Origin: a virus
Lineage: Duplodnaviria > Caudoviricetes
DNA: 64,000 bases
Virus record (IMG/VR): IMGVR_UViG_3300035208_005226
Coordinates: 1-64,000 of that record
Direction: 5' to 3' (one strand)
The notes under the pieces are model-generated. The model was not told the DNA's origin. It ran no database searches and saw only the letters and a list, made by a program, of their open reading frames with translations. The position numbers were made by a program, and so were the translations under genes. Each line of letters begins with the position of its first letter. The first letter of the stretch is position 1. Of this stretch, positions 9,142 through 20,742 are shown one piece after another.

Positions 9142-9823
9142 CCTTGAATAGCCCGGCTTCCTGTGTTGAACTACATAATCCACATATTGGATACATTGCC
9201 CAGGAGCACCGTGGTTTAATTTCAGCATCCGGATTGTTTATTATGGCTTTCATGTCTTGTATCGCGGTTTCTACTTTTGATGTGTCTGGATAGCCATAGT
9301 CCACATACTGTTGTAGTCTTGGATTGATTACCCTGAGTTCAGTTATGTCAATATCCAGGATGTTCTTGATGTTATATGCATAAAATTCGAGTTGACGCTT
9401 TTCTGATTTACGGTCAAACTTTTTGCTGGTTTTGTATTCTACCAGACGAAACCCACCGTAAAGTAGTGCATCGATCCGGTCTATTGTCCCTGTGGTTTCC
9501 AGGATGTGGTTTGTAAATTCAAGCTCCGTGACATATGGAAAAAATAGTTCGTCAGAATAAAACCGGTTTATTTCGTAATTTATAAAATATGATGCCATCC
9601 TGCGTTCTAAAATTCCAAACTCCTGTGGTATGAACTCTGTCCATCTGTCTGGAGAATATTTTAGGATGTCTACTGCGACAAAAAATTTGTCCGCGAATTC
9701 ATGGAATCGAGATCCTAAAGTTAGGGCATATGATTTTTTCTGCTCTGTTTTGTCGATGTATTGCTTTTTGAACTGGAGTGGACAGAACGAATAGGATTCT
9801 ATGTGAGACTTTCTAATGTACAT
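9113..9823 (-). CDS. PD-(D/E)XK exonuclease, Cas4/RecB-like
   Basis: YSFCPLQF, GSRFHE, TGTIDRID, LVEYKTS, QLEFY and C-terminal Cys residues. Confidence 0.88.
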   Translation of the reverse strand: MYIRKSHIESYSFCPLQFKKQYIDKTEQKKSYALTLGSRFHEFADKFFVAVDILKYSPDRWTEFIPQEFGILERRMASYFINYEINRFYSDELFFPYVTELEFTNHILETTGTIDRIDALLYGGFRLVEYKTSKKFDRKSEKRQLEFYAYNIKNILDIDITELRVINPRLQQYVDYGYPDTSKVETAIQDMKAIINNPDAEIKPRCSWAMYPICGLCSSTQEAGLFKDVPNPLTLR

Positions 9824-10032
9824 TTGCTCTCCTTATTTCCTTCTCTACGCACTCTATATATCTGTCTTTAATCTTCCACTGACCGCATCTATCTGCATGA
9901 GCACTTATTTCACCACGTCTTATGCTATCTTCACATATTCCTGATAAGTTGCCTCGATGAATAAATCTGCTACAAGTTCCGCATTCATCAGTAGAAAACG
10001 TGTAGCAATGTTCACCATTATGAGACTCTACT

Positions 10033-10227
10033 TCAAATGTTATTGGCATCATACACCACGTGTGTTTTGTCTATTGCATCCCCTATGTTATAGCCTTCCG
10101 GTCCTCTTGCACCACATTTGTTGCAATGTGAGTAAAATATGTCTATAATCTGCCCGTTTTTCTTTATGTATTCAGATTTTATAACCATAGAGCACCCACA
10201 GTATTTACAATCGCTTGGTTTAGACAT
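10033..10227 (-). CDS. Lar (restriction-alleviation)-like Zn-finger protein
   Basis: CKYCG...CNKCGARGP pattern. Confidence 0.55.
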   Translation of the reverse strand: MSKPSDCKYCGCSMVIKSEYIKKNGQIIDIFYSHCNKCGARGPEGYNIGDAIDKTHVVYDANNI

Positions 10228-10240
10228 GATAAAAAAAGAG

Positions 10241-10786
10241 TTATGTGAATTTAACCGTGAATGGAGATTCGTTCTTAAACATCTCTATTCTCTGGCTTTC
10301 CTGTGCTGCATAGACGAATACTGAGATCTGAACTTCCGCTGTCTCCCCTGCGATTCTAAACTTGGAAGGAATAGCAAAGAATTCGGTGTCGGTGTTATCG
10401 CCCTCTTTTATCTGTCCATGACAAATAGCAACCATCTTACTGTTGATATATACCCGAACTACATTGTTCACTACCCCATATCCTTTCCCAGATGATTCAA
10501 TTCTGTAAAACAGTTTTTCGGTTGTTATAGGAATGGTGATTTCGGTTTTTGGATTTGGCTCTCCTGCTTTTCCAGCCCAAATGCCATTAATTGTAATTGC
10601 AAGCCCACCGGTTCCCGTGGTATTTGGCCTTTCTACGGGTGTAGATACTTCGGGTTCATCTGTGGGAATGTTTTGTGCCTGGGGTTCTTCCTTGGGTTTT
10701 CGTGCATCTTCCATTATGCTTTCACCCGGTGTATTTGTCATAGAGTTTTCGCACTGTGCTTTTGTTTCCAGAAAGATGTTCGCCAT
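10241..10786 (-). CDS. Hypothetical protein (Pro/Glu-rich linker plus beta domain)
   Basis: ORF track; low-complexity N-terminus. Confidence 0.55.
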   Translation of the reverse strand: MANIFLETKAQCENSMTNTPGESIMEDARKPKEEPQAQNIPTDEPEVSTPVERPNTTGTGGLAITINGIWAGKAGEPNPKTEITIPITTEKLFYRIESSGKGYGVVNNVVRVYINSKMVAICHGQIKEGDNTDTEFFAIPSKFRIAGETAEVQISVFVYAAQESQRIEMFKNESPFTVKFT

Positions 10787-10888
10787 TCGGAAACTCTATC
10801 TGGTATCTCTTTTCCTCTACTACAGTCCCAATAATATTCGGGTTGTCATTTATCCCGAATTTATATCCGTTTTTTTCTTCTAATACTT

Positions 10889-11326
10889 TCATGATGATGC
10901 TACTGGTATGCTGACTGTCTCAGCCTGCTGTTCAACTGTTGATTCCTGACTTAAGTCACCATCGGAGACCTTAGCCATTTCACGGATAGCACTGTCGATT
11001 CCAGTTTTAATATCTTCTTCTGGTGGTAGATAAGCCTTTAGCCACCCGGTGCTCTGGCTGCTTATTGTCGCTCCATAAACAAACTTTAATATGTTCTCAA
11101 CATGCTCCTGAAACTTAAACGATGCTTCTACATACTCATCAACATCGTTATATGTCAGTGTTTTGTTGCCAAGAGAATCGATGCGTGCCTTTTCCACCTG
11201 CATTACTGCAAAATCTCTACACGCCTTTCCTACAGACCTGAGCTTTTTGAATAACCCAAGACTGATACCTCCCAAAACAATCCAGGAACCAATTAGTTCC
11301 GGATTGACTGCAAGAGTCTCTATCAT
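10889..11326 (-). CDS. Membrane-anchored hypothetical protein
   Basis: N-terminal hydrophobic helix LIGSWIVLGGISLGLF followed by KK. Confidence 0.55.
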   Translation of the reverse strand: MIETLAVNPELIGSWIVLGGISLGLFKKLRSVGKACRDFAVMQVEKARIDSLGNKTLTYNDVDEYVEASFKFQEHVENILKFVYGATISSQSTGWLKAYLPPEEDIKTGIDSAIREMAKVSDGDLSQESTVEQQAETVSIPVASS

Positions 11327-12102
11327 AACTATCTATATGATTTGCCCCATAATTATGCTTTTCTTAATAGATAAGTTGCTTATCTATTTGAAGCAATTAA
11401 TAAACGGTGCAATAAGAAAGCAAAAGATAAAGAATCCAACTATAATTAAGTAAATGTCTTCCATAATCTCAATGTGCTCCACAATGCAATAAAATAATCA
11501 GAGAAATGATCCAGCTTAAACAGAGACAAAAAGATAATTGTCTGCTGTTTGGTTTTGTGTGGAAATAACTATATGACATGGCTGTGCTTAAGGTTTATCA
11601 TTTGTTTTCTTGTATAATATACACATGTCTACCTTCCATTTTTTAGAATTGTCAAGTCCGCATGTTATGTAGTTTCTTCCATCGATTACAGCGTTGTCTT
11701 CGGAGTGTTTACAAGTTTTGCATAACGATTTTATCATTTAAACAATCTCAGTCTTATTATCTTTCCGACGTGTAAATTTGACTTCCTGCTCTTTAAAAAC
11801 TGATTAAATATCTGGTCTGACATTGTATTAGATTCAAACTCTCTATTTTCTATGCATGCCAAATAATATGAGATGTCTTCGGTCATTTAAACCAACCCAA
11901 ATCAATATCTGAGTTTCTTTCTATAGTTTTTCTGGCTTCACATCCATAATATATTTTAAGCATACATTGATCGCATATAGGGAGTCTGATTGATGCTGTG
12001 TCTTTGTTTAAAAAGTCAACTAATACTCCATTTATTTTCCCCCCGTAATGATCTGTCCCCACTGTTTCCCCGCAAATGCCACATGTTATTGTTTCTATCA
12101 TG

Positions 12103-14376
12103 TTACCACAATGTCTGTTGTCCATTTACTATATAATCCCATGTGTATCCCAATGCTTCCATATATGATTCCATTTTATTTTTTACCAGCTTTTCTGCGT
12201 GTGTTGTCCAATCAACCTCACTTTGAATTATTGAGGTATCGAAATCTCCATCTATACAAATCTCTCTGGGCCACGAGTCACGTTTAAGGAGATAAACAAG
12301 ACGTGGCTTTACAGAAGGATCAAATATGTGTTGGTATTGAACCTTTGCTACTTCTCTCCCACGATACCACGGATCGTCATGTTCAGTATGTATTCCCTTA
12401 GGTATAGAGACATCGTATACTGATAACTTTCCGGATTTTATGTCCTTCCAGCGTTGTCTTATGAGAGCCAGTGCTTTTGGTAGATCATCTTCAATGAATA
12501 GTATGTTGAAAAATTCTGTTTGGAGATCTTTTACCGCTTTTGCCTGATCTGATCTTTTGATTTCGACTCCAACATAACTCATCTTTTTACAGAACCCGTA
12601 ATCCTGATGCCACAACAACAATCCCACATATTTCTTTTTAGCTGCTTCATTACCTTTTTTTCTCATCTTGAAGAACAGTGAGTCATGTATTTTTTCGAGC
12701 TTTAACGTAAAATCTACAATGGCATTTGTGGCTATGGAGTATGTTTTAAGATCACCATTTAATATATCTTGAACTTTTAAACCCTCTTCAAGCGTATTTA
12801 CAGGATTAAACGCTGCTGAGTCCGTGTCGCAATATATTACGTGATATCCAAGCGATTCTATTTTATCCCGTACTATTTTTGAGATTTCTCTGCCATAGCG
12901 AGTGACTGACGCAGCTGTTGCTTCGTTGTATAAACGGAAGCTTTTGGCTCCAAGAACTCCATAGAAGCTGTTTGCTAGATACTTTAGGACTTGTTCCTGA
13001 TATTTTAGATTTATATCCTGGCTTGTTTTGTTTATGGTTCTGAGTCTGTCACGCTCTGCTACGATGTGTTTCAGGATTTTTGGAACTAATTTATCTACAT
13101 CCGGGGAGATGTCATATGCCATCATAATAGTTGGATATAGGGATTTTAAGTCTACCCAGCCTACGTTTTTGTGCAGGCCAAACGGCGGGAGAATTACTGT
13201 TGCGCCTTCAAATGTACTGTCTGAATTATTTGGAAGTCGTCTTGGCATCGGTTTGATGCCAGATTGCATGAGATATGATTCTATGATTTTGCTGTTGTAT
13301 ATGGTGTCTTCAAGTTTGCAGCCTGTAAAATGACGAACTGAATCAAAAAACCGAAACATCTGTGTCTTTTCTTCAATGATCATCAGGCTGGTGATATCAT
13401 TTTCACAGTACTGAAGTAGGGTATCCCAGTCATGAGTAGCATACAGGTGTTTTATTTGGGCACCATAGTCTTTATATGGGAATCCGTATTCGGCCGACAC
13501 TGTTTTGAGTCCGTTGTCTTCACGTTCCGACTCAGATGATTTTAGTTTTTTAAATCCGTCTAACATGTCAAAACATTGACGACCCGGAGTTCTTACGATG
13601 TATTTTCCGTTTGGCATTAAGTCGCATCGTGCGTCATTTAGCCTGCATAAAGCAGTTGTTCTCATGCCTATGACGTTTGCCCTGCGTACGAGATATGGCA
13701 AATCAAATTGAAGACAATACCATCCGGTGTAAACATCGGGATCAATCTTTTTGATTAGTTGATAAAAAATTTCAAACAGTTCTTTTTCCGACTTTGCAAC
13801 AATATGATTGGATTTTATTCTGTGATCTATTCCATTTGTGATTATGAATTTCTTTCCGGTGTAACTGTCGCCAAATTGAATGGTTGCGACCGGATATTTT
13901 ACAGTTGATGGATTTGGCATGTCCCCGGGATCATTGTCGATTTCGATATCGAAAAACAGGATTCTTGGAGGAATGTAACCGTCGTACTGCACCGATGATA
14001 CTGCGCTGTTGCTCTCGATTTTATATGCTTTTTTTAGCTTTTTGTCTGCAATAAATCTCTTTTCAAACAGAATGTCGCTCTCATCTGTGAAACTAAACTG
14101 ATCTCGTACTTCTGAGACCCGTCCAGGGAGGTCTGTAAATACCTTGACGACGTTTCTGCCAAAACAATCGGTTGCGGATTCTCCTCGTCTACATCCATCC
14201 AGTTGAGTAATTCTACCTGCTTCATCATATGGAACATAAAAATATGGTTCGAAGTCTTTTATCTTTGTTACGGTTGGTTCTCTTGTGGTAGTGTCTCTTC
14301 CAAAAACATGCAGGATTGGCTTCCGATTTTTAAAATCTATTTGATATGCTACATCCTGAACAATCGAAATAGACAT
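12103..14376 (-). CDS. polB: Family B DNA polymerase
   Basis: ExoI FFDIEID, ExoII GWYCLQFDLPYL, region A VDLKSLYPTIM, region B KYLANSFYG, region C YCDTDS, KKKYVG. Confidence 0.97.
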   Translation of the reverse strand: MSISIVQDVAYQIDFKNRKPILHVFGRDTTTREPTVTKIKDFEPYFYVPYDEAGRITQLDGCRRGESATDCFGRNVVKVFTDLPGRVSEVRDQFSFTDESDILFEKRFIADKKLKKAYKIESNSAVSSVQYDGYIPPRILFFDIEIDNDPGDMPNPSTVKYPVATIQFGDSYTGKKFIITNGIDHRIKSNHIVAKSEKELFEIFYQLIKKIDPDVYTGWYCLQFDLPYLVRRANVIGMRTTALCRLNDARCDLMPNGKYIVRTPGRQCFDMLDGFKKLKSSESEREDNGLKTVSAEYGFPYKDYGAQIKHLYATHDWDTLLQYCENDITSLMIIEEKTQMFRFFDSVRHFTGCKLEDTIYNSKIIESYLMQSGIKPMPRRLPNNSDSTFEGATVILPPFGLHKNVGWVDLKSLYPTIMMAYDISPDVDKLVPKILKHIVAERDRLRTINKTSQDINLKYQEQVLKYLANSFYGVLGAKSFRLYNEATAASVTRYGREISKIVRDKIESLGYHVIYCDTDSAAFNPVNTLEEGLKVQDILNGDLKTYSIATNAIVDFTLKLEKIHDSLFFKMRKKGNEAAKKKYVGLLLWHQDYGFCKKMSYVGVEIKRSDQAKAVKDLQTEFFNILFIEDDLPKALALIRQRWKDIKSGKLSVYDVSIPKGIHTEHDDPWYRGREVAKVQYQHIFDPSVKPRLVYLLKRDSWPREICIDGDFDTSIIQSEVDWTTHAEKLVKNKMESYMEALGYTWDYIVNGQQTLW

Positions 14377-14384
14377 GACAAATC

Positions 14385-15236
14385 CTATACAAATTCAAGA
14401 GAACTGTATGTTCCCACTTTGTTTTTGACATCTTCCCATGTAGGGTTTATCATGGGTTCGATCTCGGGAATATCGCCAAATCTTCCACCTTTGAAGTAAA
14501 ACCAGTGTTCGTTAAGCCCTGTGATTGGTTCCGGGACTTTTTTAACTTCCATAACAAGATTCAGCCAGAAATCTGTATTTTTTTGCCATTTTGGCAGATC
14601 AAATTTCAGTGGAGTAGATCCATCAAATGCCTGATGGGCTCTAAATGTAATTATGACATGCCATTTGGTGGCTAAAAGCATCCGTAGCATATCCATATAC
14701 TTGCGGTTTGCCTTACCCCACTCAGTTTGCATCATCAAATCTTTGCCGGATTTATCTTTTACCTTTTTCGTCTCTATGGTTTCAAGCCAAAGACTTAGCC
14801 ATTCCCAGGCATCGGTTCCAGAATCAATTACAATGAATCCGTATTTGCGATCTTCCTCTGGTAATTCTTCATTGGACAGTATCATGTCGGTTAAAACATC
14901 AATTGCCTCTTCGTATAGGGTCAGAGACTTTACCAGATCAACGGTTTTGTTCTTTTTGTCCAGATATTCCACAGCATTGAACAATCTTATTCTGTCTTGG
15001 ACTTCCTGAGGCCAAGTTGATACATTTATGTGGAAATCACCTTCTGTATCTATTGCCCAGACATAACCCGGGAGATTATGACTGATAAGATATTGTGCAG
15101 ACGATATGCAAAAATGAGTTTTGCCTTGTTTTGCCCTGGAATATACCGCAATTCGAATTGTTGCTTTCTGATGGCTTATAGGTTTAAAATAGTCGTCCAC
15201 TGATTTTTTGGTTTTAATTGTGCTACCAAATGCCAT
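14385..15236 (-). CDS. RecA-fold ATPase, Sak4/AAA_24-like recombinase
   Basis: Walker A YSRAKQGKT, IDTEG, Walker B FIVIDSGT. Confidence 0.75.
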   Translation of the reverse strand: MAFGSTIKTKKSVDDYFKPISHQKATIRIAVYSRAKQGKTHFCISSAQYLISHNLPGYVWAIDTEGDFHINVSTWPQEVQDRIRLFNAVEYLDKKNKTVDLVKSLTLYEEAIDVLTDMILSNEELPEEDRKYGFIVIDSGTDAWEWLSLWLETIETKKVKDKSGKDLMMQTEWGKANRKYMDMLRMLLATKWHVIITFRAHQAFDGSTPLKFDLPKWQKNTDFWLNLVMEVKKVPEPITGLNEHWFYFKGGRFGDIPEIEPMINPTWEDVKNKVGTYSSLEFV

Positions 15237-15748
15237 GATTATATTCCCAATTTTTCTGCTGCGTCTTGTGCAAATTTCACTGCACAATCTTTGCTGCATA
15301 CATCTGCGTAATCTGATTTATCACCATAATTCGCAATCATATGAAGCGCAAATGGCTTTTCCTGTGTTTTATTGCAGACATCACATGTATAAATAGTATG
15401 TTTTGACATAATGTTCACCTAAAAAATAGTTATGCAGTTGTGTCTTCTGGTTTGGAAGGCGGCAATTGCTGCTTTTTTGAAGACTTATGGATATCGGTGG
15501 GTATGTCTGTTGACTTTGAATTCTCCAGTCTTCCGGTTGGTGTTGAGTTTGGCTTGGCGTATTCTTTGGGATCTTGCACTTCTCGTAATCCATCAGGACG
15601 CTTCTCCCATTTCCTACACCAGGAATTTGGTTTTTTGTAGATAGACTCGGGATTTATGCAGCAATTTGATGTTTCTTCATCGTAATTCCCACAATCAATG
15701 CATGTTCCGAGTCTAAGATCATTCTTGAATGTTTTCATGTTCGCCTCG

Positions 15749-16750
15749 TTAGATTTCTATGTCGTCAATTGCAGTCAATGCACCAGACAACTCACTGCTT
15801 GATGGATTCAATAACACACCGAGTAAATTTATGTTCTGGTTTTCATTCCCATCTCTGCCCTTATACTTGTTTACGGTCCCGAACATGATTACTTCAGAAC
15901 CACGTGGGATGTTTTCGGATTGTTCCTTGATTACTTCATTAGAGACGTCTGCAAACCCTACAATATCATCTGCAAGACCAATGTCGGTAATTCCCACCAT
16001 TACTCCACCTGCACCGTCCTTTGTGACTTTTATTGATGTTACCTTACCAATTACCGCCACGAGTGTTCCGGGATCATTGTCAAACACCGATTCAATCGGA
16101 ACCGACATATCTGAGTTACTCAGGATATCGTAAGTTGTGTTCCAAAGCTCTTGCGGATCGGATGTTCCTTTTGGTTCCCATCCTTCTTTGTATATGAATG
16201 CCTTTGTGAGTTTTCCGTCATCGGTCTTGTTAATCTTCCCGGTCATTATACCGTTGTCGCCGGCGTTTGCATCAAGCTTGCCGTTGAATGGAACACAGAA
16301 TACATCACCACTTTTGTCCTCGATTAATAAGATGCCTTCGCGCTTGAGCTCCTCTTCAATGTCCTTCCTAAAATTTGGGTTCTTCTGTGTTTTCTTAGCG
16401 TCAAAGAATTCCTTGGAGTAGATTGGAATAGGCTGTCTATTTTCATCTAATCTTACCAGTCCTTCCGTAAGAGCAAGTTGCGGGTTTTCTGCATATTTGT
16501 TCAGAGCGTGCTTTTTGGATGGAAAGTTCACATCTCGATATGAGGTTATGGATACAATTACTGCCTTTGCTTTTTCTCCACCGGATCTTTTCGCCAAGCT
16601 GATTTTCATGTAAAGAATTTTTTCAATTTCTTCTGGAGTTTTTCCTGGACTTCGTTCTGCAATTTGCTTTCGTATGCTGTCTACTGCTGCTTTTGCATCT
16701 TCAGCAGGTATTCCCTTTATTTTTGCGTAGAGCTCTTCGCTTGATGTCAT
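15749..16750 (-). CDS. Putative OB-fold ssDNA-binding protein (RPA-like)
   Basis: VAVIGKVTSIKV...SEVIMFGTVNKYKG OB-like strand pattern, acidic C-terminal tail, next to Sak4 and PolB. Confidence 0.5.
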   Translation of the reverse strand: MTSSEELYAKIKGIPAEDAKAAVDSIRKQIAERSPGKTPEEIEKILYMKISLAKRSGGEKAKAVIVSITSYRDVNFPSKKHALNKYAENPQLALTEGLVRLDENRQPIPIYSKEFFDAKKTQKNPNFRKDIEEELKREGILLIEDKSGDVFCVPFNGKLDANAGDNGIMTGKINKTDDGKLTKAFIYKEGWEPKGTSDPQELWNTTYDILSNSDMSVPIESVFDNDPGTLVAVIGKVTSIKVTKDGAGGVMVGITDIGLADDIVGFADVSNEVIKEQSENIPRGSEVIMFGTVNKYKGRDGNENQNINLLGVLLNPSSSELSGALTAIDDIEI

Positions 16751-17931
16751 GTTCTATCTCTGTTATTTTGTACAAAATGCCTCAAGACATGTTATCTATC
16801 ATTGGCCGATTTATTCACCTATATTCTACAGATACACCAACTGGTTTATACTGTAAAAATCGTTCCGCAACTTCCGGACGTACATACCATACGTGCCGTT
16901 TATATTTTATCCTGACGACTTTATGTTGTGTCACAACCTTGTTTAAATACCATTTTGCCATTCCCCTTCCAGATCCAAAATAGTCTCCTAACCACGGAGC
17001 TGATGGTGCCATACAGGTATGCCAGTTGTATTTTATAAAGTCATCAAGATCTTGTTCATTCATGCTGTTGTTTTTTCTTTACTGCCATTAGTCCCTGAAT
17101 AAATCCTTCTTTATAGTTGGAATCTCCTGCAATTTTCTTTATGTATTCCTCATGTGCTTTAGACATATCGCGTCTATACAAATATAATTTTTCTCCCCGT
17201 AATGCAATATCGGTTTCAAGTTCCGGATGCATATGGAGATATCTATTGAGTTTCCCGTATAAACTATCGCGTTTTTGATCTACCGGCACATTAACCTCAG
17301 CAATGTTCTCTTCTGTTTTTAAAAATTCCAATACGATGTTTGCAGAACGAGCATAACACGGCAGAATTAATGGGATCTCTCCTTTTGAGTTTACTATTAG
17401 GTTAAATTGTTTATCTAGCGTCATGATTCTCTGTTTATAAAATTCGCCTTATATAAACACTGCCATGTATTGGCATGCTTGTGTCTATATGTAATACTCC
17501 ATCCATATCCTTCTCGCTTTCCCAAGTTCCCAGAATAATTTTTTCAAAATATGATTTCCGTATTGAATACCCGGTAGATTGTATATATGCATTATGCAGG
17601 ACAAATACAGCAAGTTTTGTGTCGTGAACTTCCTCTGCGTAATGCAACACAAATGCACGAATGGAGTTTGATATAGATGGTTTATTTTTCTTCTTTCGAT
17701 TCATTTCATCTGTAAAATATGCATGAAGATCTCCGATCGTATCGCATCCGTCTTTCATAGTAATAAATAGATCTCAATACATATATCATTTAATGCAAAT
17801 GATGTGGTAACATATAGGTTGTCTAATGCTTGCCATTTACTGAAATCCATCCACGACCACCACAATAACTGCACTGAGTTATTTCGTATGGTGGGATATC
17901 TCCTATGATTTTTCCGGATCCTCTGCATTCT

Positions 17932-18324
17932 TTACATATCTTGCCTTTCTGTTTCTTTTTCGACATTTCCCTTTGATATTATTTCTTTGATCAATTCAAT
18001 CTTTTGGATTTTATAGTTGTGTTCATTTGTATTCCAAAGACCTATTTTGTCTAGAACACGGGAATTAGATGAATAGAGATTGGCACATCTTCCCATCACA
18101 GTCTTTTTAATTGCTCTTTGTTTTACCTTTATGAGTTCTAATTGCAAGAGTCGTTTTAGAGATAGGGAGACTGCCGGTTCATCTCTATTGGTACACATTA
18201 CAATCTCTTTCATTGTTGCAGGAGACTTGATCAGTAGATATGCTAGCACATCTGAGTCTACCGCATTCAATTTACATAATTGTAATGAGGTACTGATTTC
18301 ATGTAGTTTTTCTATATCAGGCAT
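17932..18324 (-). CDS. Winged-helix transcription regulator (TrmB/MarR-like)
   Basis: VLAYLLIKSPATMKEIVMCTNRDEPAVSLSLKRLLQLELI...GRCANLY. Confidence 0.75.
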   Translation of the reverse strand: MPDIEKLHEISTSLQLCKLNAVDSDVLAYLLIKSPATMKEIVMCTNRDEPAVSLSLKRLLQLELIKVKQRAIKKTVMGRCANLYSSNSRVLDKIGLWNTNEHNYKIQKIELIKEIISKGNVEKETERQDM

Positions 18325-18819
18325 AGATTTATTACCTCTCGTGTTAATATTTATTTCCCCAAACACAAACAACAAGCAAGATCGGAATTGTCTTTTTCCT
18401 TTTCTTCTTGTTTAGAATCGATTGTTTGAGGAGTTGCGTCTGTCTTATTTTTCCGCGGTTATTCTAAGCAAGGCATTGTGTGCTGTTATAACGCATATCA
18501 TATGTTTTTCCTCATAGCATTCGTCATTCCTGTAATAACAAATGGTATCTCCCTGGGATAGGTGCATATTAATGTGATCTACGTCTACAACTTTTCCTCT
18601 ATCCAGATATGACTGCAATCCAAGTTTTTCTTTTGGCTCGTAATACTTGCAAAATGTTTGTGCTTGCGTCCAGGGGTTATTAACTATCGTTGCAAAAATA
18701 CAGTGGTTTAATTCTTTGGTCGCTGCACATATGTTTGATATGTGCACTGCGCCCGGGTCAGGTTTAACGTAATGTTTGCATTGTTCTGTCATGGTTTTGC
18801 CTTGTTGTTATTCGCAGTT

Positions 18820-19062
18820 TCAAACTCCATTTTTACATTGTTTCCAAAGTTTCCTGGCTTGTTCCATATCCGTTCCATATGGTCCACAAGCATTGCATTT
18901 GCGGCAATATACAAATACATAATTAGTGAAGAGAGTCCCTCCCTCACAATAGTCAAGATCTATGCCTTTGCAAAACGGACAAGGACAGTCTTTGCCTAGA
19001 TTGTTTAGCTCTTGGATGATTAGGCGACTTCTTGATGATCCAGGCGGCCAGTTTTCAGTCAT
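18820..19062 (-). CDS. Lar family restriction-alleviation-like protein
   Basis: CPFCKG...VYCRKCNACGP...ARKLW. Confidence 0.7.
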   Translation of the reverse strand: MTENWPPGSSRSRLIIQELNNLGKDCPCPFCKGIDLDYCEGGTLFTNYVFVYCRKCNACGPYGTDMEQARKLWKQCKNGV

Positions 19063-20308
19063 GAGTATTCACCTCCCCAACCGGGCTATAATTTATACAA
19101 TACTTTCGATTGGGTAAATCTAATGGGCATATAATTTCCCAAAAATCACAGTCATATACACTCGGATCATATCTTTGCATTTCATCGCAATGGTTTACGC
19201 AATCAACTGTACTATCATTTGGCCTGCAAACATAAACCATGTCATCTTTGATGTAGACTGGCTGGCCTCGTTGGATGTATTCACCTGCTAGTAATATTTC
19301 TTTCATTTTAATTTCCTTATAACCCTATCTTGATTGTAAGTTGGACCTTCATGTAGGGTGAGGTTTTCATCCTGATATTGAACAGATACACCATTAATAT
19401 AAGTGGCATCTTGATTGAATTGTATATGTAAGGGTTCTCCGTTTATGGATACCCATCTGGCAATAGGTAATATACAAGGATACAATTTAGTCACTTTAAT
19501 ATCTATACCTTGAATTGATAATTCGCCTATATTCAATAATTCATCGCCTTTATCCATCCTAGAACAATAAGTAGGATACTTTTCATTATGACAAGTTTTA
19601 CGGTTTATGCACTTATAGCAGAATTTGTGGCCCTGACTCTTCATCTCATTGATGGTTTCTTCTTCCCGGAGGATTTGCATTTCATAATTTTCAGTCATGA
19701 TTATTCATCTCCTATATATTCACATAAAACATCCACCGTATCCGGAAAGAGACAATGGTAACCAATTACTATGTATTTCTTGTATCCAAACATGATTATA
19801 GAATTAACTGGGGGAATCCAAGTAGAATTAGATAGATCACCCAATGGTGGATTAATCCATTTATCATATTTAACTTCTACATATAATGTAAATTTTGGTA
19901 TCATGATTCATCTGCACCATCTTCAATTGTTCCTGATCCATTACATTGCCTACAAGTTAGATCTGTTTCAGGATCATAACCATTGCCTCTGCATCTAGGA
20001 CATGTCTTTGTATACTCTTCACGAGTCATGATTCATCCTTTATAAGTTTGAATGAAATATGCATTAGTTCAGAACTAACTCCGATTGTTTTATGACAGTG
20101 GGGGCATTTTGTTGTATAATTTTTAAATACTATATCACCAAAGTGCGATTCAAATTCTTTCCCACAGTAAACGCAAGTAATCATACCATTAATGTTGATT
20201 ATCATTGAAACATTTCCTCATGAATTCGTTAAATGAAAGTTTCTATCCAGAGTAAGTCAACTCTGATTGACTCTGGAGTTGGCTCATCTAGTATTATCAT
20301 TAATTTAC

Positions 20309-20581
20309 TCACCATAATTCATCCTTTATATTGTCTACTATCATCATTGCATAGTTTGCTATGTCAGCACAGTCATCAATACTCTTCATTTGTGTTATGT
20401 CGGTAGAACTTCGGCTCATAACTGCATCATTAAATAGTTTTTCTACGTTGACTTGGAGTTTGAGTAATAGGGTTGTGATGTCATCTTGTTTCCACCCACC
20501 CTTGAAATCGTTCTTTCGAAGTTTATCTTCCATAAGGATTGCAAAATCTTTTACTTCGGTCCTACAATAAATATCAATCAT
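20309..20581 (-). CDS. MazG-like / dimeric all-alpha NTP pyrophosphatase fold protein
   Basis: FAILMEDKLRKNDFKGGW...DCADIANYAMMIVD. Some acidic metal ligands appear degenerate. Confidence 0.55.
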   Translation of the reverse strand: MIDIYCRTEVKDFAILMEDKLRKNDFKGGWKQDDITTLLLKLQVNVEKLFNDAVMSRSSTDITQMKSIDDCADIANYAMMIVDNIKDELW

Positions 20582-20742
20582 TTTTCTCGCATTATCTCCT
20601 GAGTTTATTGTATCCGATTTCTGATAAAATTCCTATGCTAAACACCGGGGTAACAATCAGAATGGTGAAATATGTGGCGTACCGATATACCCTAAAACCG
20701 GAATAACCTGTCTGGCAAATTATTATGTGTCCTATTCTCATT

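Noticed and set aside
9113-9823. Cas4-like gene as evidence of a CRISPR system
   Set aside because: No repeat-spacer array or other cas genes are in the window. Stand-alone Cas4-like nucleases are common in archaeal viruses.
12103-14376. Inteins in PolB (also checked TerL and the MCM-like ATPase)
   Set aside because: Protein lengths are normal or short, and no intein N-terminal C/S or C-terminal HN motifs interrupt the conserved blocks.
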